Shown piece after piece: positions 55,587-64,000 of a DNA stretch of 64,000 bases. The stretch's first letter is position 1. Every line of letters begins with the position of its first letter. Position numbers and translations under genes: made by a program. Below the pieces are notes generated by a model. It made no database searches, was not told where the DNA came from, and was given only the letters and a program-made list of their open reading frames with translations. The stretch spans positions 50,855 to 114,854 of the forward strand of contig CAZVIH010000004.1 in assembly GCA_964627755.1 (NCBI GenBank). The letters are read 5' to 3'. Source of the stretch: an uncultured Anaerolineales bacterium. GTDB lineage: Bacteria; Chloroflexota; Anaerolineae; Anaerolineales; UBA11858.

Positions 55587-56960
55587 ATGAGGAGAAAGAA
55601 GATGAAGAGAGCTTTAGGGGCCGTTTTGATTTTAATCATCATTGGAGTACTCTTTTCCGCCTGTGGCAGCAACCCTGAACCCATTCCTTCTGAGACTCAG
55701 GAAAAGCCCAATACAATGGCAACGATCAATGCATTGAGCGCCCAGACTACTATTGTTTACCACACGCCTGTAGGTGGGGTAGTGGTAGAAGGGCCTGATG
55801 ATTATGTCGGGATCATTAAACAAGCCTGGAATATTGTCAATACAGAGTATGTTCGGGATAATTTCAACGGGGCGGATTGGCCGGCAATTTACGATGAGTA
55901 TGTCGCGCTGGCTGAAGATGTGACCTCCTCTGAGGAGTTGTGGGATTTGCTGGGAGAAATGATTGGAGAGCTGAATGATTCTCACAGCCGATTTGTACCT
56001 CCAGACCGGATGACTGCAGAATTCGGGGTTGAGACCTCTGCTGCTGCTGAAGGCCGAGCAGCCTCTGGAATTGTGATCTGGCCTGGTCCTTCCCGGGAAG
56101 ATGAATACCTCACTGTCTGGGAAGTCTGCGCCCAAAGCGCTGCCGCACAAGCGGGTATCACCCGGGGAGATATCATCACCGCTATAGATGGCATTCCGGT
56201 AGTTAAAGATGGCGATGATTTTAAACAAGAAGATCTATTTGCTGCCATCTTTGGGAACGGGGGGGCTCAGGTCACACTTACGATCTGGCAGGGACCGAAT
56301 CAGGAACCTGTGGATATCACCCTGATCCTGGATGGGGTGGGGGGGTGTCCCTATCGTTATCACGAAGTGGTTTTGGAAGATCCCCGCATTGGGTATATTC
56401 GGGTTCCTGATTTTGATGGTGATTCGGACTTTGCTATTCTTGAAAGCATTAAAGCTATGGAAGAGGAACAACCCCTGGATGGTTTGATAGTGGATGTACG
56501 CCATAACCCGGGAGGTAACTCTGATGATTCTGTGGCAATCTTTACTGAAGGCATCGTTGGTACTGACGGTAAACTTCGCGAGGGAGAACAGCGAACGATC
56601 TTCCGCATCCGCGGCCCCGTGCTCTGGAATAAAACCACACCAGTAGTTGTATTAACCGATGGATCCAGCCACAGCGCGGCGGATTTTTTCCCAGCAGCGA
56701 TGAAGGAACTGGGCCGGGCAACCATTGTGGGCATGAATTCAGCCGGCAATACAGAAGGAATTACCAGCTGGCTGTTAGCAGACGGCACACTGATCCGCCT
56801 GGCCGTAGTGACTATGGCCCTGAACGACGGTACGGTGCTTGAAGGGATCGGTGTTACCCCGGATGTGATCGCTCCCCTGGGAACCTGGGGTTTGAAAGCA
56901 GAACCTTATGACCTGCAGATCCAGGCCGGGATCGATACCCTGCTGGAAATAATCCAGTAA
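55587..56960 (+). CDS. S41-family peptidase lipoprotein with PDZ-like domain
   Basis: Lipobox LFSAC, GDIITAIDG, VRHNPGGN, and TDGSSHSAADFF with the Ser nucleophile. Confidence 0.8.
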   Translation: MRRKKMKRALGAVLILIIIGVLFSACGSNPEPIPSETQEKPNTMATINALSAQTTIVYHTPVGGVVVEGPDDYVGIIKQAWNIVNTEYVRDNFNGADWPAIYDEYVALAEDVTSSEELWDLLGEMIGELNDSHSRFVPPDRMTAEFGVETSAAAEGRAASGIVIWPGPSREDEYLTVWEVCAQSAAAQAGITRGDIITAIDGIPVVKDGDDFKQEDLFAAIFGNGGAQVTLTIWQGPNQEPVDITLILDGVGGCPYRYHEVVLEDPRIGYIRVPDFDGDSDFAILESIKAMEEEQPLDGLIVDVRHNPGGNSDDSVAIFTEGIVGTDGKLREGEQRTIFRIRGPVLWNKTTPVVVLTDGSSHSAADFFPAAMKELGRATIVGMNSAGNTEGITSWLLADGTLIRLAVVTMALNDGTVLEGIGVTPDVIAPLGTWGLKAEPYDLQIQAGIDTLLEIIQ

Positions 56961-56983
56961 TCCGGATATTTTCCTTTAATTTC

Positions 56984-57049
56984 TTCGGAAGTCTTTAGGT
57001 GGTCCATTTGCGAAGACGATCACCTGGAAGACTTCCGAAGTTTTGTTTC
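56984..57049 (+). terminator. long-stem terminator (copy 1 of a duplicated hairpin element)
   Basis: cttcggaagtctttaggtg (56984-57002) pairs with cacctggaagacttccgaag (57022-57041), then TTTTGTTT. Confidence 0.7.
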
Positions 57050-57069
57050 GATTCTGTCCGTTTAAAAGA

Positions 57070-57133
57070 AATCGGAAGTCACCTGAGGGGCAGCAGATTG
57101 CTGACTATTTCCTGGAAGACTTCCGATTTTTGC
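57070..57133 (-). terminator. hairpin element copy 2, probable terminator of the acyl-CoA dehydrogenase gene
   Basis: aatcggaagtc (57070-57080) pairs with gacttccgatt (57118-57128). T-rich runs lie on both sides. Confidence 0.5.
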
Positions 57134-57142
57134 TTGAGTATT

Positions 57143-58303
57143 TTAAATCCTGACCGGTCCATCCTCAAATACTTTACGGGCGATCACCAGGCGCTGGATT
57201 TCGCTTGTTCCCTCACCAATGGTCATCAGCCGGGCGGCTTTATACATAGCCTCCACAGGATATTCACGACTGTATCCGTACGATCCATGGATCTGGATTG
57301 CGCTGTAAGAAACTCTTTCAGCCATTTCAGTGGCAAATAATTTAGCTACTGCGCCGGCCTGTGTAAAGGGTTTGCCCTGATCTTTTAACCAGGCGGCATA
57401 ATAAACCATCAACCGGGCGGCGTGAATTTCTGCTGCTGCGTCAGCAACCAACCATTGAATGGCCTGGTGTTCCTTCAACTTTTTCCCGAAAGATTGCCGT
57501 TCCTTGGCATAGCGCACACCTTCCTCAAGGGCGGCCTGGGCGATACCTACGGACAGGGCTCCAACGCTGATCCGGCCTCCATCGAGGATCTCTAATGTCT
57601 GCTGTAAACCCTCACCTTCAAAACCGAGGGTGTTTTTCAAAGGAACACGAACATTTTCATACCGGACTTCATGGCTGTGGGTTCCGCCGGCCCCCATTTT
57701 CTTCTCTGGCGGAGCAACGGTCAAACCTGCTGTTTGAGTGGGAACCAGGATCAAGTTCATCCCCCGGGATCCTTTTTCCGGATCTGTAACTGTCAGGGTG
57801 ACAATAAAATCTGCATCTCCAGCGTTGGTGATCCAGGCCTTGGAGCCCTGGATGATCCACTCACTACCATCTTTAATTGCCTTGGTTTTGACATTTCTCA
57901 AATCTGAACCTGCCTGGGGTTCAGTTAAAGCAAGGGAGGTCAAATTTCCTTTTCCGGTTGCCACATCAGGGAGGAATTCCTTTTTTTGATCTTCTGAGCC
58001 AAAAAGAACCACAGCTGCGCAGCCCAATTCGTTATGGGCTTCGATGGTCAAAGCAGTACCCCCATCTCCCCAGGCGATTTCTTCAATCGCGATGGCGGCG
58101 CTGATAGCGTCTAATTCGGAACCGCCGTACTTCTCAGGAACACTCATGCCCAATAATCCCAGAGGCCCCATTTTTTTTATCACTGACGGGGGAATTTCTT
58201 CTTTTTCGTTAATTTCCTGGGCAAGCGGTTTTATCTCTTTGGCAACAAAATCATGAACTGCTTTCCGCCATAATCTTTGTTCCTCTGATAATTGAAAATC
58301 CAT
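57143..58303 (-). CDS. acyl-CoA dehydrogenase
   Basis: MDFQLSEEQ start with a GGAG SD. TEPQAGSD, and C-terminal YEGTSEIQRLVIAR-like IGEGTSEIQRLVIAR. Confidence 0.9.
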   Translation of the reverse strand: MDFQLSEEQRLWRKAVHDFVAKEIKPLAQEINEKEEIPPSVIKKMGPLGLLGMSVPEKYGGSELDAISAAIAIEEIAWGDGGTALTIEAHNELGCAAVVLFGSEDQKKEFLPDVATGKGNLTSLALTEPQAGSDLRNVKTKAIKDGSEWIIQGSKAWITNAGDADFIVTLTVTDPEKGSRGMNLILVPTQTAGLTVAPPEKKMGAGGTHSHEVRYENVRVPLKNTLGFEGEGLQQTLEILDGGRISVGALSVGIAQAALEEGVRYAKERQSFGKKLKEHQAIQWLVADAAAEIHAARLMVYYAAWLKDQGKPFTQAGAVAKLFATEMAERVSYSAIQIHGSYGYSREYPVEAMYKAARLMTIGEGTSEIQRLVIARKVFEDGPVRI

Positions 58304-58476
58304 TTTCCACTCCTTTGCAGGTGAGATTGAAGAATGGTGAGTGTCCTCCGATTTCCCCTGGAGGTGACATTGGTCGTATCTACATTCTATACGGAAGTCC
58401 ATCTAGAATCAAATTAATCCCGACTCAGACCAAGAACGGTCTCTGGTAGAATCAATCAATAAAAAGGCGATTAATC

Positions 58477-59316
58477 ATGGTAAATACATCTGGCGAAGAA
58501 AATCCTGTTGTAATCATCACTGGCGCGTCTTCAGGTATTGGGGAAAAAACAGCATTATCTCTTGCTGAAAAAGGGTATCGGGTGGTGATAACAGCCAGAC
58601 GGCTGGACCGCCTGGAAGAAGTTGCGAAGCAGATCCGGATAAAGGGGGGGGTAGTCCTCCCTGTCCAATTGGATCTAGCTCGTCTCGACCAGATCCGGGC
58701 TCTTGTGGAAAGGACCAAACAGATATTCGGGCAGATTGATGTCCTGGTGAATAATGCGGGCTCAGCTCGCCATTTATGGCTGGATGAACAATCCCTGGAG
58801 GAAGATATCCAGAATCAACTGCAAATAAATTTGATCGGCATGATCCAACTGACCCGACTTGTCATTCCAGAGATGGTTGCTGCCGGTTCTGGTCAAATTA
58901 TCCATATTTCTTCGGTTGCGTCCTGGGTGGGTGTTCCAACATATTCTATATATAATGCAAGCAAATTCGGCTCCCGGGGTTTTATGACCAGCTTAAGGCG
59001 AGAACTCAGAGGGACTGGTGTAATAATTTCGGAAATTTTCCCGGGAGCTGTAGATACAAAATTTGGGCAGGACCCAGATGTAAGCTGGAAAACTACAACA
59101 GTCACACCAAAGTTTGCTCTATTATCTGCCCAGTCCGTTGCGGATCAGATCCTGGAGATGATAAAGAGGAAAAAAACCAGATCCGTAATCCCCGGTTTTA
59201 TGTGGCTTGCGATTTGGACAGATGCCCATTTCCCCTGGCTTATCAGCTGGTTATTGTCGAAATATTTTTATATCTTGAATGGGGAGAGATATACCTGGCG
59301 TCAGAGAAAGGAATAA
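58477..59316 (+). CDS. short-chain dehydrogenase/reductase (SDR)
   Basis: TGASSGIG, NNAG and YNASK. Confidence 0.9.
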   Translation: MVNTSGEENPVVIITGASSGIGEKTALSLAEKGYRVVITARRLDRLEEVAKQIRIKGGVVLPVQLDLARLDQIRALVERTKQIFGQIDVLVNNAGSARHLWLDEQSLEEDIQNQLQINLIGMIQLTRLVIPEMVAAGSGQIIHISSVASWVGVPTYSIYNASKFGSRGFMTSLRRELRGTGVIISEIFPGAVDTKFGQDPDVSWKTTTVTPKFALLSAQSVADQILEMIKRKKTRSVIPGFMWLAIWTDAHFPWLISWLLSKYFYILNGERYTWRQRKE

Positions 59317-59345
59317 AAAAACAGCCTGTAAAGGCTGTTTTTTTT
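59315..59345. terminator. bidirectional rho-independent terminator
   Basis: aaaaaaacagcc tgtaaa ggctgtttttttt between convergent genes. Confidence 0.8.
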
Positions 59346-59359
59346 GGTCCTGAAAAACC

Positions 59360-59857
59360 TTATTTTTTTGGCATTTCTTTTGATTCTTCTTCTGTCAGAT
59401 CAAACTTGTTTTTTCCATCTTCTTCCAGAATGTAGATCCCATTCCGGACTTGGTTCAGAACTCGCTCGAGTGCGATTTCCAGGTTTGTTAAAGTCTCTGC
59501 CACATATTCGTCTGCTTCCGTCTGGGCTTTTTTTGCCTTTATTTCAGCATCAGATTCGATCTGTTGGGCTTTTTTCCGAGATTCCTGCACGATGCTATCA
59601 CGATCGGCCAGCTTGTCACTTTTTTCTTTAGCAATTTTTAATGTCCGATCCGCCTCTTCTTTGGCTTGGGCGATCATCCTGTCCTTGGTGGCTATTACCT
59701 GTTGGGACTTCTTTACCTCTTCTGGAATGGCAACACGCATCTGGTCGATTATGTCCAGCATGCGGTCTTCATCAACAATTACATTATGTGTAAAAGGAAT
59801 GGAACGGCTGTGGTTTATCAATTCTTCCAATCGATCCACAAGGTGTAAAATGTCCAT
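59360..59857 (-). CDS. coiled-coil protein, unknown function
   Basis: 165 aa, Lys/Glu/Ala-rich heptad-like middle (AQAKEEADRTLKIAKEKSDKLA...). Confidence 0.6.
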   Translation of the reverse strand: MDILHLVDRLEELINHSRSIPFTHNVIVDEDRMLDIIDQMRVAIPEEVKKSQQVIATKDRMIAQAKEEADRTLKIAKEKSDKLADRDSIVQESRKKAQQIESDAEIKAKKAQTEADEYVAETLTNLEIALERVLNQVRNGIYILEEDGKNKFDLTEEESKEMPKK

Positions 59858-59908
59858 TTTTACTCCTCCAAAAGAGTATCCTTTTAGTATAACATGAAAA
59901 GGATTTCG

Positions 59909-60433
59909 TTAATCTCTCAGCGAAGAGTGGGGCACGATATTCTGATCATTACCAAGCTCTAAAAACCGGTCCTTTAAAGCCTTTTCTACGTAATCTGGGA
60001 CCATGGAACTGACATCTCCATCCAGGGCAGCAATCTCCCGAACCGTGGATCCGCTCAGAAAGCTGTGGTCCTTATTTGTGATCAGTGCTACTACTTCAAT
60101 ATCGGGAGAGAGGCTGTGATTGGCCAGGGCCATTCGGAACTCATATTCAAAATCTGAAAAGACCCGCAGCCCGCGCACGATCACCTGGGCATCGATCTTA
60201 TGGCAGAAATCAACTGTTAGTCCGCTGTATCCCATGGTTTTAACGTTGGAGATTGATTTGAGGGCAAGTTTTGCTAATTCTATTCTCTTTTCTGGAGGGA
60301 AGAGCAGTTTTTTTAACGGTTGATCATATACTGCCACGATAACTTCATCAAATAAGCGAGAAGCGCGTAGGGCAATATCAATATGTCCATTATGTATGGG
60401 ATCAAAAGTGCCGGGGAAAACTGCTCTTATCAT
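59909..60433 (-). CDS. coaD: phosphopantetheine adenylyltransferase
   Basis: AVFPGTFDPIHNGHIDI. Confidence 0.95.
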   Translation of the reverse strand: MIRAVFPGTFDPIHNGHIDIALRASRLFDEVIVAVYDQPLKKLLFPPEKRIELAKLALKSISNVKTMGYSGLTVDFCHKIDAQVIVRGLRVFSDFEYEFRMALANHSLSPDIEVVALITNKDHSFLSGSTVREIAALDGDVSSMVPDYVEKALKDRFLELGNDQNIVPHSSLRD

Positions 60434-60463
60434 CAGTGGCTCCTGAACATATTTGCTTGTTGG

Positions 60464-62962
60464 TTAACTGATATCTCCAGTATTCTTTTGGGTCCAAAAT
60501 TCTTTGACCGCTTTTGCCAGTTGGTGATGATTTTCCTGGCTTAAATCCGGATCCTGATTGAATAATGCTACGACCTCATTTCGGGCTTTTTCTACCAGAC
60601 CGAGGTCAGTAATGCTGGCCAGTTTTAACTCAGTATATCCGGATTGACGGGTTCCCAAAAACTGTCCGGGCCCGCGAATTTCCAGGTCTTTCTCCGCCAG
60701 GACAAAACCATCATTGGTTTCGATCATGGCTTGCAGCCGCTGGTTTTCTATTTCTTCCATTGTGCCGGGGACTAGGATGCAGTAGGATTTCTGGTCGCTG
60801 CGTCCCACTCGTCCCCGGAATTGATGTAACTGTGCCAGGCCGAAACGATGAGCGCCCTCCACCAGCATTACGGTGGCATCCGGAATATCCAGGCCTACTT
60901 CCACAACTGAAGTGGATACCAGGATCTGGATATCTTTATCCCTGAAACGGATCATTACTTCTTCTTTTTCAGCTGGGTTTAATTGACCGTGCAGCAGTCC
61001 CAGTCTGTAGGAAGGAAAAACTTCTTCTTGCAGGCGGTTGAATTCATCCACCGCAGATTTTTCATCGATTTTTTCGCTTTCTTCCACCAGAGGGTATACA
61101 ATAAATGCCTGGTTTCCTTTATCAACCTGTCCGCGTACAAGGCCAAAGGCTCGCTCGATCTCGCTGGGATTCAGCAAATGGGTCTCTACTGGAATGCGCC
61201 CAGGGGGCATTTCATCGATCACCGATAATTCCAGGTCGCCATATATTGTCAGAGCCAGGGAGCGGGGAATCGGAGTCGCTGTCATTACCAACAAGTGGGG
61301 ATTATTCCCTTTCTGCCGCAATGTGCCCCTCTGTTCTACGCCAAAGCGGTGCTGTTCATCAACAATAGCCAGCTGCAAGTTCTGAAACTTGACTGGATCC
61401 TGCAGCAGGGCATGGGTGCCTATGATCAGTTTGATCTCTCCTTCAGCAAGTTGTTTGCGAAGGACCGCTTTTTCATTTTCCGGGGTAGAGCCGATCAGTA
61501 AAGCAATCTGGTTTTCAGTTAAATCTTTTGATTCTCCTGCCAGCAGCTTCTTTAGACTTTGAAAATGTTGTTCTGCCAAAATGCTGGTGGGCGCCAGGAA
61601 TGCAACCTGCGCTCCACCGCGGATGACAATCAAAGCTGCCAGTGCGGCGATCACTGTTTTTCCAGAGCCAACATCACCCTGAAGCAATCGGTTCATTGGT
61701 GTTCCGGAACTCAAATCGGCTCGGACCTGGTCGAGTGCTTTTTTCTGAGCAGCTGTCAGCTGGAAGGGCAGACCTTCAAGCCGGGGCAGCAGCCAATCCT
61801 CAGGGCTTTCAAATGCTGTTCCAGATCGGCTTTCCCACTGTTTCTTTTGATTCAATACGCCCATCTGCATCAGGAATAGTTCTTCAAAAGCTAAACGCTG
61901 CTTGGCTTTCTGAAGTGATTGATCGGTATCTGGGAAATGGATCTCCCGGATAGCATCCGATAAATCACTGAGAGAGTGATTAGTGCGGATATCCTCTGGA
62001 AGGGGATCTGGCATGTGAGGGGAGTATTCTTCAACGATATTGTGAATCACACCCCGGAGCCATTTCTGAGTGATGTCCTTGGTGAGAGGATAAACGGGTA
62101 CGATCCGGTTGGTGTGGAGCTGTTTTTCGCTTAATGGCTCCCACTCCGGACTATTCATGACCAGGCGACCGAGGTATTGTTCAACAAGACCGCTTAATAC
62201 GACTTGTTTGGCTTTACTGAGCTGGGTTTCGATCCAGGGTTGATTAAACCAGGTGGCGCGGATTGCACCGCTTTTATCGGATATAAGCGCTTCAACGATC
62301 TTCATTTTGCCACTGCGTACCGCCCTGGAAGAAACCTTCTCCACCGAGCCGATAATTGTGACAAACTCACCATACCAAAGACTGCCAATAGATTTTAATT
62401 TCGAGTAGTCGTCATGCCGCCGTGGAAAGGTGTAGAGCAGGTCATTGATGGAATGGACACCCATTCTTTCAAGAGCTTGCTGTTTCTTTTCACCTATGCC
62501 CTTGATAGTTGTGATAGGAGCCTGGAAATCCAGGTCAAGGATCGGTTTTGGAGATTCTTTTTTAGGTGCAGGAATCTGGGGAGCCGTTTCAGGTTCTACC
62601 GCTTCAGGAACTGCAGCTGGCTCAGCTGTTTGGGGTTGGGCAGGTTCTGTTTCGGGCAGAGCCGGAGGCTGTTCGGTTTCTGGTAGTTGTTCCTGTGTTT
62701 CACCTTCCACCCCTGTTTCTTTAGTAACGCGCTGCCATACGCCCTTTAATACCACTTCGCGGGAATCCTCACTTAGATGGTGATAATCCCGCAAGCGGCT
62801 GATCACTGCCTGGATGATCTGTTCTGGTAATTGATCTTCTCTGGCTTCCAATTCCCAGGTGGACAGAATGTTTGAAAGTCCACCCATAACCGCCTTGTTA
62901 TCATACCCCCGTTCAGCTTCTAAACGGAAGAATTTTCGTAGTTTTTGTATTGATGGTTTCAT
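60464..62962 (-). CDS. recG: ATP-dependent DNA helicase RecG
   Basis: LQGDVGSGKT, DEQHRFGV, MTATPIPRS, QLHQFRGRVGR, and an N-terminal wedge region. Confidence 0.95.
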   Translation of the reverse strand: MKPSIQKLRKFFRLEAERGYDNKAVMGGLSNILSTWELEAREDQLPEQIIQAVISRLRDYHHLSEDSREVVLKGVWQRVTKETGVEGETQEQLPETEQPPALPETEPAQPQTAEPAAVPEAVEPETAPQIPAPKKESPKPILDLDFQAPITTIKGIGEKKQQALERMGVHSINDLLYTFPRRHDDYSKLKSIGSLWYGEFVTIIGSVEKVSSRAVRSGKMKIVEALISDKSGAIRATWFNQPWIETQLSKAKQVVLSGLVEQYLGRLVMNSPEWEPLSEKQLHTNRIVPVYPLTKDITQKWLRGVIHNIVEEYSPHMPDPLPEDIRTNHSLSDLSDAIREIHFPDTDQSLQKAKQRLAFEELFLMQMGVLNQKKQWESRSGTAFESPEDWLLPRLEGLPFQLTAAQKKALDQVRADLSSGTPMNRLLQGDVGSGKTVIAALAALIVIRGGAQVAFLAPTSILAEQHFQSLKKLLAGESKDLTENQIALLIGSTPENEKAVLRKQLAEGEIKLIIGTHALLQDPVKFQNLQLAIVDEQHRFGVEQRGTLRQKGNNPHLLVMTATPIPRSLALTIYGDLELSVIDEMPPGRIPVETHLLNPSEIERAFGLVRGQVDKGNQAFIVYPLVEESEKIDEKSAVDEFNRLQEEVFPSYRLGLLHGQLNPAEKEEVMIRFRDKDIQILVSTSVVEVGLDIPDATVMLVEGAHRFGLAQLHQFRGRVGRSDQKSYCILVPGTMEEIENQRLQAMIETNDGFVLAEKDLEIRGPGQFLGTRQSGYTELKLASITDLGLVEKARNEVVALFNQDPDLSQENHHQLAKAVKEFWTQKNTGDIS

Positions 62963-62967
62963 TAGGA

Positions 62968-63798
62968 TTATTTTACCACTGCTGCAAAACCTATCCCATT
63001 GGGACCGACATGTGTGCCAATGATTGTGGTGACATTTACTAGTAAGGGTTCAGGAATTTCCGGAGGGGAGAACTCTTTAATGAACCTCTTACCGGTTTCT
63101 AAAGCATTGGTATGTAGCACAGCTAGGTATTCCAGTGTGCCCAATTCCCGGATGGAATCCCCCAGGAACTGGATCCCTTTGGATCTGGCCCGGGCCAAGC
63201 CCCGGTTAAGGACCAGGCCGGTTTTCAGCTCAACGATTGGTTTGACGTTTAATATTGATCCCAGGCGAGCTTTGGCCCAGGAGACTCTCCCGCTGCGGTG
63301 GATGTACTCGAAAGTATCCAGCAAAGCAAAAACGTAAACCCGATCCTTAATGGATTGAATTGCATCCAGGATCTCGTTTGGAGGTTTTTTTTGCTGAACC
63401 ATTTTAGCAGCGTGGATCGCTTGAAAACCCAGACCAAGACTGAGCTGCTCGCTATCAACAACTTTTATGACCTGTTTGAATTCCTGAGACGCCAGCCTGG
63501 CAGCATTATATATTCCACTGAGTGTACTTGCTGCATGGATAGAGATGATATTGGTGTATCCACTATCGAAAATCTCCCCATAGAGACGCTGGAATCTGCC
63601 TGAAGACGGAGCAGCTGTGGTTGGTAATTTTTTAAGGGTTGGCAGTCGGGTATAAAAATCATTCCTGGAGAGATCAAATCCATCAAGATAGGTTTTATCT
63701 TCCAGGGTCAGATCAACCGGGATTTGAAAGATACCTAATTCTTCCCGTAAACTAGCAGGGATATCGGAAGTGCTGTCAGTAACTATGGCCGTGGACAA
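62968..63798 (-). CDS. DegV-family fatty-acid-binding protein
   Basis: AIVTDSTSDIP, SGIYNAA and GTHVGPNG. Confidence 0.9.
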   Translation of the reverse strand: MSTAIVTDSTSDIPASLREELGIFQIPVDLTLEDKTYLDGFDLSRNDFYTRLPTLKKLPTTAAPSSGRFQRLYGEIFDSGYTNIISIHAASTLSGIYNAARLASQEFKQVIKVVDSEQLSLGLGFQAIHAAKMVQQKKPPNEILDAIQSIKDRVYVFALLDTFEYIHRSGRVSWAKARLGSILNVKPIVELKTGLVLNRGLARARSKGIQFLGDSIRELGTLEYLAVLHTNALETGKRFIKEFSPPEIPEPLLVNVTTIIGTHVGPNGIGFAAVVK

Positions 63799-63881
63799 AG
63801 GTCTTTCTCCTGGTTATGAAAACGGCGGAGCTTACGAATAAGTCCGCCGGTGAGCGATAAAAAAAAGATCTGTTTATCTTT

Positions 63882-64000
63882 CTATTCGATCGAGAATATG
63901 AACTGGTAATGGGGCTGCCCACCAAACTGCAGTTCAACTTCCTGATCAGGATATTTCTCCTGGATGAATTCTGCCATTTTTTCGGCATCTTCCTGGGAGA
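63882..64000 (-). CDS. DAK2-domain fusion protein YloV, C-terminal end only (continues past right edge)
   Basis: My own translation is ...SQEDAEKMAEFIQEKYPDQEVELQFGGQPHYQFIFSIE stop. The GGQPxY..xxSxE ending and the position upstream of degV-recG fit YloV. Confidence 0.6.
   Translation of the reverse strand, partial: SQEDAEKMAEFIQEKYPDQEVELQFGGQPHYQFIFSIE

Noticed and set aside
56999-57340. 113-aa plus-strand ORF
   Set aside because: It spans the two terminator hairpins and then runs antisense into the acyl-CoA dehydrogenase gene.
63776-63988. 70-aa minus-strand ORF at the right edge
   Set aside because: It crosses the degV start and the intergenic gap. Another frame gives a convincing YloV C-terminus ending at 63882.

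Overview
64-kb chromosomal segment of a bacterium. The gene content suggests a monoderm or Chloroflexota/Anaerolineae-like organism (DegV, YloV, jag-yidC-rnpA-rpmH, LysM-M23, four-helix-bundle IVS-type gene), but this is inference only. I support about 60 CDS, one tRNA-Arg(UCU), several clear sigma70-type promoters, hairpin terminators and three repeat families. Most of the window from about 12.4 kb onward is housekeeping: parAB, jag, yidC, yidD, rnpA, rpmH, trmO, mutL, efp, gdhA, ferritin, lon, mogA, coaD and recG. The left 12 kb is the unusual part and is entirely minus-strand. (i) A tightly packed four-gene operon encodes a receptor Ser/Thr kinase, an Hsp70-like ATPase fused to FHA, a 935-aa HerA/FtsK-type ATPase with a Ser/Thr-rich hydrophobic insert, and a CX2CX3C protein. 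It matches no named system I know and is my top candidate for a novel system. (ii) A four-helix-bundle (Avd / 23S-IVS family) gene sits between inverted GC-rich repeats. (iii) A separately promoted operon encodes a SET-domain methyltransferase translationally coupled to two paralogous, extremely acidic, probably disordered proteins. The same GC-rich repeat family also lies just beyond the kinase end of the operon, next to a 3-unit 114-115-bp tandem array. Other candidates are listed here. Twin PEP/pyruvate-binding (PPDK_N-like) proteins follow gdhA, one fused to a nucleotidyltransferase. A PHP-AlbA_2 fusion protein is present. EF-P carries Arg32 in a PGRGK loop and is coupled by an ATGA overlap to a Cys-rich protein. 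A palindromic repeat family sits at convergent gene junctions. All calls rest on reading the ORF translations and the DNA by eye; no database search was run.
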